Assembly (NCBI GenBank): GCA_031971595.1 | Contig: DALYGI010000002.1 | Location: 1-33,953, forward strand | DNA length: 33,953 nt | Direction: 5' to 3' | Source of the DNA: Prochlorotrichaceae cyanobacterium CTOTU29312 | GTDB taxonomy: Bacteria > Cyanobacteriota > Cyanobacteriia > Prochlorotrichales > Prochlorotrichaceae | Shown: piece after piece, positions 1 to 8,054 of the stretch | Layout of the letters: the number at the start of each line of letters is the position of its first letter | Position numbering within the stretch: the stretch's first letter is position 1 | Notes under the pieces: generated by a model | Databases searched by the model: none | What the model was told of the DNA's origin: nothing | What the model saw: the letters and a program-made list of their open reading frames with translations, nothing else | Program-made: the position numbers and the translations under genes

Positions 1-2
1 CA

Positions 3-587
3 TTAAGTTCGGATCCCCAAAGTCTGGATTTATCCACTTCCCTGACGACGATCGTTGAACTCCTCCAATCGATCGCCCAAACCCTGGAGACGATCGTGCC
101 CCAGTTACCCATGCCTACGCCCCAGAGCTTGGGGTTTACCACCCACTACCGCCGGGAGATTATTTACTGTGAAGCCCATCGTGGCAGTTATTGGCATTTA
201 CGCAATGAATGGCAACAATTGATTCCTATTCACGGTCGCGCCTTGACTTGCATCGTTCAGGGCTTAATTACTCAGGGCTTAAAAACCGATGACCCGGAAC
301 CTAAACTACAGCTTAACGTCCAGGCGGACAAACTGTATGGGTTAGCATTACCCCTAAAAAGTCTCTTGACGACCACCTTGTTAACTGCCATCGACCAACT
401 ATCTGCCCAACAATTACAATTGCCCATTACGATCGAGCCGATAGAATTGCCAAATACCCAAGAGTTGACCTGTAGGGTCTACTATCAGGGTTCTTTGCTT
501 AAACTGCCAGAGATTGGTCAACCGTTGCCCCGGTTAATTAAACACATTCAAAGTAAACTTCAAGAATCTTTCCCCGGCCATTTTTGA
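3..587 (+). CDS. hypothetical protein, C-terminal part (gene probably continues upstream of the window)
   Basis: The frame is open from base 3 (LSSDPQSLDLSTSLTTIVELLQS...) into track ORF 96-587, so the listed GTG start is probably internal. No family recognised. Confidence 0.4.
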   Translation, partial: LSSDPQSLDLSTSLTTIVELLQSIAQTLETIVPQLPMPTPQSLGFTTHYRREIIYCEAHRGSYWHLRNEWQQLIPIHGRALTCIVQGLITQGLKTDDPEPKLQLNVQADKLYGLALPLKSLLTTTLLTAIDQLSAQQLQLPITIEPIELPNTQELTCRVYYQGSLLKLPEIGQPLPRLIKHIQSKLQESFPGHF

Positions 588-649
588 TCTTCAAGCGATA
601 TAACTGCTATAACTTTTCTCCCTATTCCTGATCCTGGAAGGCTAGACCT

Positions 650-1444
650 ATGCGATCGTTCTTTTCCCGCTTCTCCCTTGTCCCCCTAGTTCCCCTTACC
701 TTAGTCTGCTGGGGGAGTCTGGCGAGTTCTCTCCGTGCGGAAGATCTCAATGATTTACGACAACTCCTCACCACGGGCAACTGCGAAAACTGCGATCTGC
801 GCCGGGCGGATTTAGTGTTAGCGGATTTGGAAGAGGCAAACTTAACCGGGGCAAATTTAACCGGGGCGAATCTGAGCCAAGCGAACTTAACCGGAGCAAA
901 CTTGGCCGGGGCAAACCTGAGTGGTGCAACCCTGGTGGGCACCAACTTGATGGGGGCAAACCTGGCTACCGCCAATTTGAGTGCGGCGGATCTGCGGAAT
1001 GCCTATCTGTTTGCAGCAATTTTGGATGGGACGAATTTAGAGTATGCCAACCTTCAGGGATCCGTAGGGGTTCCCGCCAGTGCGGGACGCTTTGAGGATT
1101 TTCATAACTGGGGGGTGGCTTCTGCGAAGGCGGGTCGCCATGAACAGGCGCTGAACTACTATAACCAAGCCCTAGAGCGCAACCCTAATTCCGCGCTAAC
1201 CTATTTGAGCCGGGCCATTTCTCGGCAAAATATCAATGATACCCAAGGAGCGATCGGCGATAGTCAGAGGGCAGCCCAATTATTTGCAACCCAGGACAAT
1301 CCCCAAGGTCAACAGGTGGCGGAGAATTTGACCCTGGCCCTCCAGGAATCCCTGAAGCCAGCCAAATCCCAGGGTGGTTTTTTCAATAGTTTACGCAATA
1401 CGGTGCAGTCTGTGCCCCCCCTGCTCCTACGCTTTATTTTCTAG
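650..1444 (+). CDS. secreted pentapeptide-repeat protein with C-terminal TPR-like segment
   Basis: Signal-peptide-like N-terminus (MRSFFSRFSLVPLVPLTLVCWGSLASSLRA). A long run of A(N/D)LxG pentapeptides follows (ANLTGANLTGANLSQANLTGANLAGANLSG...), then a TPR-like stretch (HEQALNYYNQALERNPNSALTYLSRA). Confidence 0.85.
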   Translation: MRSFFSRFSLVPLVPLTLVCWGSLASSLRAEDLNDLRQLLTTGNCENCDLRRADLVLADLEEANLTGANLTGANLSQANLTGANLAGANLSGATLVGTNLMGANLATANLSAADLRNAYLFAAILDGTNLEYANLQGSVGVPASAGRFEDFHNWGVASAKAGRHEQALNYYNQALERNPNSALTYLSRAISRQNINDTQGAIGDSQRAAQLFATQDNPQGQQVAENLTLALQESLKPAKSQGGFFNSLRNTVQSVPPLLLRFIF

Positions 1445-1543
1445 ATATGCTAAAAAATGAGACAGTCCCTCGGATCAAGACCCAGCCTGATCGGGGGGAT
1501 TTGGAGTTTCGGTTAGAATGCGCTATTGAATAAGGAGGTTTCT

Positions 1544-1825
1544 GTGTCTGTTCAAACCCTGGAAAAAACATCTACGGTTCGTAAAATTGCCCCCCGCTAT
1601 CGGGTCTTACTCCATAATGATGATTTTAACAGTATGGAGTATGTGGTTCAGGTGCTCATGACCACCGTGCCGAGCCTCAGTGAAACTCAGGCGGTTAGTA
1701 TTATGATGGAAGCCCACACCAATGGCTTAGCCTTGGTGATTATTTGCGATTTAGAACCCGCAGAATTTTACTGTGAGACCTTAAAAGGTCATGGTTTGAG
1801 CAGCACGATCGAACCGGAAGAATAG
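1544..1825 (+). CDS. clpS: ATP-dependent Clp protease adaptor ClpS
   Basis: RYRVLLHNDDFNSMEYVVQVLM...AVSIMMEAHTNGLALV matches the ClpS core. AAGGAGG at 1532-1538 precedes an in-frame GTG at 1544, so I prefer that start over the track TTG at 1526. Confidence 0.9.
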   Translation: MSVQTLEKTSTVRKIAPRYRVLLHNDDFNSMEYVVQVLMTTVPSLSETQAVSIMMEAHTNGLALVIICDLEPAEFYCETLKGHGLSSTIEPEE

Positions 1826-1902
1826 GGACTGAACTATTAAAGTCTAAAATCTAAACGTCTAAAATCGAATAGCGGGAGCCCAAGTCCATTGAATTTCATC
1901 CT

Positions 1903-3069
1903 ATGAACGTAAACTTAGCATTGCGGAACCACCTAAACGATCGTTCTGCTGCTTCTATTCCCTTTGCCGAGTTCATGGACTGGGCTCTTTTTCATCCCCA
2001 ATATGGTTACTATAGCCAGGGCAAGGGGTTGGGACAACGGGGAGATTTCTTTACATCGGTACATTTAGGGCCAGATTTTGGCGAATTACTGGCTCAGCAG
2101 TTGACAGACTGTTGGCAGCAATTAGACTGTCCCGATCGGTTTGTTGTGGTAGAAATGGGAGCAGGTGAAGGGTTTTTAGCCCAAGATATATTAGCCTGCT
2201 TAGGCGCACAAAGTCCCGATTGTTTCCGATCGCTTCAGTATTGGATTATGGAGCGTTCCTTGGGTTTAAAGCAACAGCAACAGACTCGTCTAGAGCCATT
2301 TCTCGATCGTTTGCATTGGTTGAATTGGGATGATTTCCAAGGGTTAGAAAATAACGGGATTGTGGGCTGCTTTTTATCCAATGAATTGGTGGATGCCTTT
2401 CCTGTTCATCAGGTGATTGCCCAGGATGGACACCTTCAGGAAGTGTATGTGACCTGGCAGAACAATCAATGGCAAGAGGTCTATGGGCCCCTATCTGACG
2501 ATCGTTTGGCAACCTATTTCCAAGAACAGCAGATTGATTTAACCCAGCCCCCCTATCCAAATCCCTATCGGACAGAAGTAAATTTAGCTGCTCAAGGGTG
2601 GATTCATTCTCTTGCTGAGAAGTTAAAAACAGGCTATGTCATTACCATTGATTATGGCTACGATCGTGATCGTTACTATCACCCCCAGCGCAGCCAAGGC
2701 ACGTTGCAATGTTACTATCACCATCGCCGCCACGATAATCCTTACGTGAATGTGGGGGAACAGGATTTGACCGCCCATGTGAATTTTACAGATTTACAAC
2801 AGTGGGGAAAGCAGGCCGGACTCGAAACCTTAGGCTTCACTCGTCAAGCCCTATTTTTGATGGCATTAGGACTAGGCGATCGTCTTGAAGCACTCTCTTC
2901 CAAACCTCAATCTTTAGCCGCCCTTCTTCAGCGCCGAGATGCCCTCCATCAACTCTTAGATCCCGGCGGACTAGGTAACTTTTGGGTTTTGGTTCAGGGC
3001 AAGGGCCTAACCCCCTCCCAGCAGGATTTAAAGGGATTAAGGACAATCAGTTCCCTCAACTATGATTGA
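1903..3069 (+). CDS. class I SAM-dependent methyltransferase, MidA/NDUFAF7 (DUF185) family
   Basis: SAM-binding motif VVEMGAGEGFLAQDIL and the family-typical SNELVDAFPVH. Size (388 aa) is typical of the family. Confidence 0.75.
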   Translation: MNVNLALRNHLNDRSAASIPFAEFMDWALFHPQYGYYSQGKGLGQRGDFFTSVHLGPDFGELLAQQLTDCWQQLDCPDRFVVVEMGAGEGFLAQDILACLGAQSPDCFRSLQYWIMERSLGLKQQQQTRLEPFLDRLHWLNWDDFQGLENNGIVGCFLSNELVDAFPVHQVIAQDGHLQEVYVTWQNNQWQEVYGPLSDDRLATYFQEQQIDLTQPPYPNPYRTEVNLAAQGWIHSLAEKLKTGYVITIDYGYDRDRYYHPQRSQGTLQCYYHHRRHDNPYVNVGEQDLTAHVNFTDLQQWGKQAGLETLGFTRQALFLMALGLGDRLEALSSKPQSLAALLQRRDALHQLLDPGGLGNFWVLVQGKGLTPSQQDLKGLRTISSLNYD

Positions 3070-3692
3070 CGAAAATCCTTGTATTTAATCTTCGTAATAA
3101 TTCTTTCTCCACTTCTGGTTTTCAACTCTACCTTGGGTCTGGCGACAATTCCCTCTGCCATAAAATCCCCCCATTGTGACATAAATCCCGATCGTGTCTT
3201 CTCGACCATCTCTGGTAGGGTTCCGCTTCCGATAATGGGAACAACATCAATCGACAGTTGATGTGCAATTTGCTCGACATCTTTACGCTGTAACCACCAA
3301 TCTCCGACTTTTACATCAAATAAAACAAAATCCTGATCTTTCCGATAATTCCCGCCGCCTTTTTGTATTCTTGCACCATACCCTTCTCCGTAGAGACAAA
3401 CTCCGTCGCTAAAAATAGACTTAAACGTTTCAAGTTGATGCAAAAACCGCTCATTTAATCTTTGCACTAAAACCGCAGGAATTTGTGCGTCATTCGTTTT
3501 TCCGCCAAACGTAATCTGTTCCTTATCAAACATGACCCTGATATTTGTCCCATCAACCTTTTCAGTAAATATCCATTCATTCTGAGACAAGTATTCAAAT
3601 TCCGACAAAGAAAACTCTCCTTCTAAAAGGGTTTTATATTGTGTTGCAGGATCGCGTTTGAATAGGGTTTGAATTTTATGATATTCTTTCAT
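3060..3692 (-). CDS. minimal ATP-dependent RNA ligase-like nucleotidyltransferase (adenylyltransferase domain only)
   Basis: Covalent nucleotidyltransferase motifs in order: I EKVDGTN (KxDG lysine), III LYGEGYG, IV AEGIVARP, V ITKIKYKDF. AT-rich. GAGG lies 5 nt before the ATG at 3692. The 3' end overlaps the convergent gene by 10 nt. Confidence 0.65.
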   Translation of the reverse strand: MKEYHKIQTLFKRDPATQYKTLLEGEFSLSEFEYLSQNEWIFTEKVDGTNIRVMFDKEQITFGGKTNDAQIPAVLVQRLNERFLHQLETFKSIFSDGVCLYGEGYGARIQKGGGNYRKDQDFVLFDVKVGDWWLQRKDVEQIAHQLSIDVVPIIGSGTLPEMVEKTRSGFMSQWGDFMAEGIVARPKVELKTRSGERIITKIKYKDFRQS

Positions 3693-3834
3693 AGAACCTC
3701 AAGCAAGGGAATAAGGAGTTATACCACCGCCGTCTGCGCTCATGGGTCAGTGCCTTTCGTAGGGAGATAATACGAACTGTCTCTTCATCAGGCTCGGTGT
3801 AGACAGAGGGGTGAGTTACATTGCATAACGTATC
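3676..3834 (-). pseudogene. brnT-like (DUF497 RNase toxin) 3' fragment, copy 1, reading into the start of the RNA ligase gene
   Basis: Minus-strand translation gives ...HPSVYTEPDEETVRIISLRKALTHERRRR.... This matches the BrnT C-terminal signature (V.YTER...IRIISARKAT..ER..Y). A TAG lies immediately upstream and there is no start codon. Confidence 0.55.
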
Positions 3835-3844
3835 CTACAAGATC
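3732..3844. repeat. 113-bp direct repeat, copy 1 (partner 4107-4219, offset 375 bp)
   Basis: Near-identical to 4107-4219 by direct reading, with only a few mismatches near the left (low-coordinate) end. It carries the brnT 3' fragment plus the first 13 nt of brnA. Confidence 0.9.
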
Positions 3845-4118
3845 AACCTAGATGAGCTTTATGTGCCTCAGCATAAATTTTCAACGCCACAGACATCTGT
3901 TGTTTAGCGTGTACTCCTTGTGCCTGAAACCAAGCAAGTGTATCAGGATCGACTAAAACTGATACTTTTACGGGTGACTTAGGCATTCGCAATTGTGCTT
4001 TGGCAAAAAATTCCTCCGATAGGGGGGGAATATCAGAGGTGTCAATGTCTTCATCGCTCATCGCGTCGATTCTAGCCCAATCGGTTCTGGATGTATTGCT
4101 CATAGCGTCTGCGTTCAT
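3843..4118 (-). CDS. brnA: BrnA-family antitoxin (DUF4415)
   Basis: TDWARIDAMSDEDIDTSDIPPLSEEFFAKAQLRMP...VDPDTLAWFQAQG...ALKIYAEAHK matches the DUF4415/BrnA pattern. Confidence 0.8.
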   Translation of the reverse strand: MNADAMSNTSRTDWARIDAMSDEDIDTSDIPPLSEEFFAKAQLRMPKSPVKVSVLVDPDTLAWFQAQGVHAKQQMSVALKIYAEAHKAHLG

Positions 4119-4209
4119 GGGTCACTGCCTTTCGTAGGGAGATAATACGAACTGTCTCTTCATCAGGCTCGGTGTAGACAGAGGGGTGAGTTACATTGCA
4201 TAACGTATC
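4072..4209 (-). pseudogene. brnT-like toxin 3' fragment, copy 2, overlapping the brnA start
   Basis: The minus strand reads DTLCNVTHPSVYTEPDEETVRIISLRKAVTHERRRYEQYIQNRLG*. An in-frame TAG sits at 4210-4212 and there is no start codon. Only about 45 of the roughly 90 aa expected for BrnT remain. Confidence 0.6.
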
Positions 4210-4219
4210 CTACAAGATC
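4107..4219. repeat. 113-bp direct repeat, copy 2
   Basis: See copy 1. Both copies end at a GATC (3841-3844 and 4216-4219). Confidence 0.9.
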
Positions 4220-4448
4220 GGCGATCGGACTGTAGAAACACTCTAGCAACTTTTGCTGAAACGATCGCTCTTAAACCATAATAAGCTTGAGCTTTTGGGT
4301 TTCGTACCTCAACCCAACCTACGGCGAGACGATCGCACTGAGAAGTAGGTTAGGTAAACACAAAATCTAGGTGAGACAGGTAGGAGCGGGATAACGGTGA
4401 AGTTAGATGCCATACCGACCCGCTTCAATCAAAAGAATGATAAACACT

Positions 4449-5762
4449 TCACAACTCTTCGGTCAAAATATCACGGAGTGTTAGCAACCATTGATAACAA
4501 GGCTCATCTATTGGAGCGATGTCTCTACGTAGCTGTGCCAAAGACCCTGCGTAAGCTGTAATCCAAGCTACAGCTAGTTCCTGTTCTGAAGCAGCTTCTT
4601 CTGTGGATGCACGTTCAAACTGTTCTTCAACCCACTCTGCAAAAGTCAAGATTTCTAAAGATATTCCATAAATCTCCTCAATCTCTTCACATCTAGGCTC
4701 TAACTCATCAAGCCTTTCTGGTTCAAGGCTTGTGACGAAGCCAGCTCGCCTAATCGCGGAATGCACCTCCAATTTCTCTGATAATTCCTCAATTTCATCT
4801 CTTAAATATGACTTGCCATATTTGGCATCCCAAGCTTCTACAATTTGTCTGTCCTCTAAAAGCTCAATATCACCAACATTCCCATGCTTTTTATTAGCTG
4901 AACGCATTTGTGAAAGTGGCTTCAAATTACTATTAGGGAAAACTTGGTAATCTTGCATGGCTTGCATTAAGCTGTGCATAGCAATTTCCATTAAGCGAGC
5001 AGCATAATCAGATTGGTTAATGTGGCGGAGAATGAAGTTCAATGCAATTTCTTGATTGATAACTGTTGCTTCAAAAAATGTATTCAGTTCCTCAAGCGTC
5101 TGGGAAGCAAGTATTCTGAAATTTTGTGCTTGATTTAATAACTGTGAAAGAAGGTATTTTAATGCAATATCAGGAGATAATTCGCCTTTCTCTGTAGCTT
5201 CAACAATGCTTACCCACTCAGAACGCGCTCCCCGCAGATTTGCCTTATATACAGTTGAATATGGGTAGTTTTCTGCTAAGCTCCGAGTCATCATGAAACC
5301 GTCAGCATTTAGCCTGAGTAATTCATATTCTCGCAATACAGGTGTAATGTACTTCTTATCAAGAGAGCGCATAGAGATTCCGTCACGCCACGAAAAATCT
5401 CTTGTACTTGCGCTACCTTTATGTAATCTAATATTTTGCTCTGGCTCAATTGACTTAACGCACAACTGTAATATTGTAAGTCCAACTAATGCTCTACCAA
5501 CTTCGCTAGTTACTGACTGAATTAACCTATCTAAAAGTAACCTGTGCGTTTGAGCTAAACTTGAAAAGTCAAGATCTGAGGATCTATCTCTACAAGCTAA
5601 AATCTGTCTTTCTAAATAACCGTTGGAAAGTTCTACTGCTATTCTGGCATACCTCGCTTTTGCTGCTTGGCTCATGCCTCCTTCATGGAAGGTTTGAACC
5701 GTACCGTCAGCAAGAATTAATTCGCTTCTATTGGAATAAACTCTTAAATGTAATTCACTCAT
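4449..5762 (-). CDS. putative restriction endonuclease partner of the adjacent C5-methyltransferase (family not recognised)
   Basis: ATG at 5762 (MSELHLRV...) lies 7 nt after the methyltransferase stop (5770-5772). The track start at 5795 would overlap that gene. Same AT-rich composition. Candidate PD-(D/E)XK-like element GDIELLEDRQIVEAWDAKYGK. The function is inferred from context only. Confidence 0.45.
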   Translation of the reverse strand: MSELHLRVYSNRSELILADGTVQTFHEGGMSQAAKARYARIAVELSNGYLERQILACRDRSSDLDFSSLAQTHRLLLDRLIQSVTSEVGRALVGLTILQLCVKSIEPEQNIRLHKGSASTRDFSWRDGISMRSLDKKYITPVLREYELLRLNADGFMMTRSLAENYPYSTVYKANLRGARSEWVSIVEATEKGELSPDIALKYLLSQLLNQAQNFRILASQTLEELNTFFEATVINQEIALNFILRHINQSDYAARLMEIAMHSLMQAMQDYQVFPNSNLKPLSQMRSANKKHGNVGDIELLEDRQIVEAWDAKYGKSYLRDEIEELSEKLEVHSAIRRAGFVTSLEPERLDELEPRCEEIEEIYGISLEILTFAEWVEEQFERASTEEAASEQELAVAWITAYAGSLAQLRRDIAPIDEPCYQWLLTLRDILTEEL

Positions 5763-5769
5763 GATGCAG

Positions 5770-7779
5770 CTATAAAACTTTGCGAAGTTGAACACTTTTG
5801 GGATTAAGCGTAGGAAAGGCGTAGGGAATCAGATACTCACCTAAAGGAATTTGAGGGTTCGTATTATGGCTTCTAACTTCATAGCCAATAGCTCTCAAAG
5901 ACTCTAGGTAAGAAACAACATCTTCTTCATTAACACCCCAACACTCTGCAAATTCTTTTACTTTAAGTTGAGCAGAAGTAGCCATACATCTAGTTACGCA
6001 TTGAACAACTCGCCAAAATAAATTAACTTTTTCTTTGCCATAAAAATTCATAATTCCGCTGATACGAGCATTATATTGATAGTATCCAGATAACTGCACT
6101 AAATCTGCTTTTCCTGTCACTTCAGTCAATTTTTCTTCAAAAGCTTTCCAGAGTGATGTAAAGACTTGTGTGTCTAACTGTTTGGCGCATAGTTTCACTG
6201 AGTTTGTGCATAAAACCCAGTCATCATAACCACATGACGGATAAACATCAACGGAAAATCGATCTGGCTCCTCCCAATTGCTGTTAGTGCTTGCTTTGAT
6301 TATCCAGGAGGATGAGTCCAATTCACAACTGAGATAAATCTTGACACTATTAGCAACTGGTTCCTCTGTCCACGAAAAGTCATCAATAGATAAAAACCTG
6401 ACAAACTCTCGTTTCTCCTCATAAATAGAGGCATCTAAACCTTTGATTTTTCCTTGTTTAGATAGTTCAATAATTGCGGCTTCAGCTTTTTGAAGGTAGA
6501 TTTTTGTCAATTTTCTCTTACGTTGCCTGAAGCCTAATTGCTTGTCTTGAGGTAAATAAGCAAGATCAAAAGGTAAGCCAACATCCATGACCTGATCCAA
6601 GATGCTAAGGGCTAAAACTCTACCTAGTTGGGGAGGAACCGAGTTGCCAATTTGCTCAATAGCAACTTGTCTATTACCAACTACTTTATAGTCATCAGGA
6701 ATAGTCTGTAATCGTTTTAATTCAGAAATAGAAAATCTACGATTTTCCCAACTAAATGGACCAGTATATTGCCCACCTTGAGCCTTGATTGTTCGCACCG
6801 GCGTATCCGGATCTGCTTTATAAAGGAAGTCAGAAAATTTGGATCTCCAACTAAAAATAGGGTTGGGATAACCCATTTCTTTTGTATAAAAGCTGTAGTT
6901 GAGACCAGGAGGAATATCGTTAAGCAAATGACCAAATCTTCCACCCAATCCCGCTTCTATATCTGAAGTCTCCGAACCGTCAACAGCTTGGGCTGCGGAG
7001 TAGTACGGCTGTTGATCAAGGGAATCACAGCCATGAGTAGGATAGGGAAACAAGTATTTTCCCTGTTTCACTCCAACTATAAATAAGCGTTCCCTATGCT
7101 GGGGAACACCGTAATCAGCAGTATCTAAAATTCGGAAGTAAATACTATAACCAACTTCTTTGAATGCTTCTTGAATTTCTTGCCATGCTTCACCTTTGTT
7201 CGCACCAGTAATTCCATATACATTCTCAAATAAAAAACCTTTAGGTTGAAGTAACTTTAAGATGCGAACATATTCTTGAAATAGTGTCCCTCTCCTGTCA
7301 GTTGTTCCAGCCACCCCTGCTGCCCTACGTCCAGCCGCAGAAAAAGTTTGGCATGGTGGACCGCCGATGACGAAATCCACCTCAAGATCCGGAGCAGGAA
7401 TATAATTTCTAATGTCCATACATACTGGTTTAGAACCATCTAGCCACTTTCCTGGTTGAGAATTTTTTTGCAGTGTTTGAACGTATTTAGCTTCCAGTTC
7501 AACCATTTCAATTATCTCAAAACCAGCATCGTGGAACGCAATATCTAAACCCCCTCCACCAGAAAACAAACTAAGAGTTTTAACTGGAGTGATACCCTGT
7601 TGCCGCAACTTTTGACGAAGAGACTTACCAAAACTGTCAGTCCAAGCAGCCTCTTGTCTTACGTCGAGAATTGATAGGAGTTGTTGAAACCACTGTGGAT
7701 TGACTGGCTCGGAGTCAGATAGTTCAAGAGCAAGGGACAACTGTTGCATTACGTTTATTTGCCTGGGTACCGAAGACAA
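5770..7779 (-). CDS. DNA (cytosine-5)-methyltransferase with a C-terminal extension of about 270 aa and unknown function
   Basis: C5-MTase motifs in order: I FSGGGGLD, IV GGPPCQTFS, VI FLFENVYG, VIII QHRERLFIVG, X GNSVPP. The track start is a TTG; the first ATG (MQQLSLALE...) is at 7749. Confidence 0.9.
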   Translation of the reverse strand: MSSVPRQINVMQQLSLALELSDSEPVNPQWFQQLLSILDVRQEAAWTDSFGKSLRQKLRQQGITPVKTLSLFSGGGGLDIAFHDAGFEIIEMVELEAKYVQTLQKNSQPGKWLDGSKPVCMDIRNYIPAPDLEVDFVIGGPPCQTFSAAGRRAAGVAGTTDRRGTLFQEYVRILKLLQPKGFLFENVYGITGANKGEAWQEIQEAFKEVGYSIYFRILDTADYGVPQHRERLFIVGVKQGKYLFPYPTHGCDSLDQQPYYSAAQAVDGSETSDIEAGLGGRFGHLLNDIPPGLNYSFYTKEMGYPNPIFSWRSKFSDFLYKADPDTPVRTIKAQGGQYTGPFSWENRRFSISELKRLQTIPDDYKVVGNRQVAIEQIGNSVPPQLGRVLALSILDQVMDVGLPFDLAYLPQDKQLGFRQRKRKLTKIYLQKAEAAIIELSKQGKIKGLDASIYEEKREFVRFLSIDDFSWTEEPVANSVKIYLSCELDSSSWIIKASTNSNWEEPDRFSVDVYPSCGYDDWVLCTNSVKLCAKQLDTQVFTSLWKAFEEKLTEVTGKADLVQLSGYYQYNARISGIMNFYGKEKVNLFWRVVQCVTRCMATSAQLKVKEFAECWGVNEEDVVSYLESLRAIGYEVRSHNTNPQIPLGEYLIPYAFPTLNPKSVQLRKVL

Positions 7780-8054
7780 AGGGTACTCTTAGAGCGGAGA
7801 AAGATCAAGATTATCATTCACATCTCAAATAGTACAAGAGAACCAATGCGCTTCGATAGTGAACGGGCATCTAACAAGGAGTTATACGGCGAGTCGCCGC
7901 CTAGCTCCCTGGATTAAAAAGTATCTGAAACGACGATCGTTCCATCCCTGGAGACCACTTTACCCTACCCTAGCAGGAGTGTCAAAAATTAGCTCTGTGG
8001 CCCTGTGGCAAACCCGCTGAAACTTTTGCGTAAACCAAGATGGGCAGGGATAAG

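Noticed and set aside
622-975. Antisense ORFs 622-975 and 768-959 opposite the pentapeptide-repeat gene.
   Set aside because: They translate the reverse complement of the 15-nt pentapeptide repeats (FAPVKFAPVKFA...). They are low-complexity mirror ORFs with no independent support.
5763-5795. Track start at 5795 for the 448-aa ORF.
   Set aside because: It would overlap the methyltransferase coding end by 26 nt. The ATG at 5762, 7 nt after the MTase stop, is the more parsimonious start.
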